Positions 31,569 through 32,000 of a DNA stretch of 32,000 nt are shown in pieces; positions within the stretch are counted from its first letter, which is position 1, and the number at the start of each line of letters is the position of its first letter. The position numbers and the translations under genes were made by a program. The notes beneath the pieces were generated by a model. It made no database searches. It was not told where the DNA came from and saw nothing but the letters and a program-made list of their open reading frames with translations. Origin of the DNA: Copranaerobaculum intestinale (lineage in GTDB: Bacteria > Bacillota_I > Bacilli_A > Erysipelotrichales > Erysipelotrichaceae); contig NZ_WUUQ01000005.1 in assembly GCF_009831105.1 (NCBI RefSeq), positions 1 through 32,000 on the forward strand, given 5' to 3'.

Positions 31569-32000
31569 ATGATGAATGTAAATGAGATTTTAGAAACTAT
31601 CCGGATGATCGATGAAGACTATCTGGATGTGCGTACAATAACGATGGGGATATCTCTGCTTGACTGCTGTGACAGCGATATCGATACATCCTGTGAGAAA
31701 ATATATCACAAGATAACGACCAAGGCGAAAGACCTGGTAAAGGTTGGAGAAAGTATTGAAAAAGAATATGGGATTCCGATTATCAATAAACGAATCTCTG
31801 TAACCCCGATTGCGATGCTGGTTGCGGCGAGCGGCGGTGATCCGCTGAAATATGCACATACGCTGGAACGCTGCGCAAAGACCGTTGGAGTTAACTTTAT
31901 CGGTGGTTTTACGGCGCTGGTTCAGAAGGGATTTTCAGCAGGTGATCGGGAATTGATCGCCGCAATCCCGCAGGCTCTGGCGCAGACGGAGCATGTCTGT
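31569..32000 (+). CDS. UPF0210 / DUF711 (PFL-like) protein; 5' part only, running off the window
   Basis: The frame is open from the ATG at 31569, after an AGGAG RBS, to the window end. The product [33 protein letters not shown]...[11 protein letters not shown]...VNFIGGF fits the UPF0210 N-terminus. The ORF track omits it because there is no stop in the window. Confidence 0.8.
   Translation, partial: MMNVNEILETIRMIDEDYLDVRTITMGISLLDCCDSDIDTSCEKIYHKITTKAKDLVKVGESIEKEYGIPIINKRISVTPIAMLVAASGGDPLKYAHTLERCAKTVGVNFIGGFTALVQKGFSAGDRELIAAIPQALAQTEHVC

Overview
The window comes from a low-GC Firmicutes-type chromosome. Both TGA and TAA act as stop codons, so it uses genetic code 11, not the Mollicutes code. 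It has three zones. (1) 1-3130 is the recombination end of a Tn916-family integrative element: a partial int, xis, a Rep_trans relaxase or initiator, and a divergent XRE regulator. The remainder of int lies off the left edge. (2) About 3130-9470 is a clearly more AT-rich accessory island. It holds an orphan hypothetical gene, an HsdS-like fragment, and about 1.15 kb of gene-free DNA with iteron-like repeats. It then has a same-strand trio: an S1 serine protease with no signal peptide, a GMP-synthase paralog whose glutaminase domain is gutted, and a GIY-YIG/DUF4357 nuclease. Next to the island is a NYN/LOTUS gene broken by one in-frame TAA. (3) 10.3-32 kb looks like ordinary core genome. It contains a LytTR two-component system with two ABC exporter genes, a PfkB sugar kinase, two pentapeptide-repeat proteins, DUF2804 and DUF2871, and a DarA-like c-di-AMP receptor paired with a Cys-less peroxiredoxin-like protein. 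It also contains a six-gene tRNA cluster (Val-Thr-Tyr-Gln-Lys-Gly), a Cache-GGDEF(degenerate)-EAL protein, pepT, Smr, Tex, split transketolase, and an ACT/UPF0210 pair. I saw no CRISPR array, rRNA or riboswitch. The best candidate for something undescribed is the protease / GuaA-like / GIY-YIG cluster in the AT-rich island, but that link rests on inference only. All family calls come from motif recognition by eye, with no database search.
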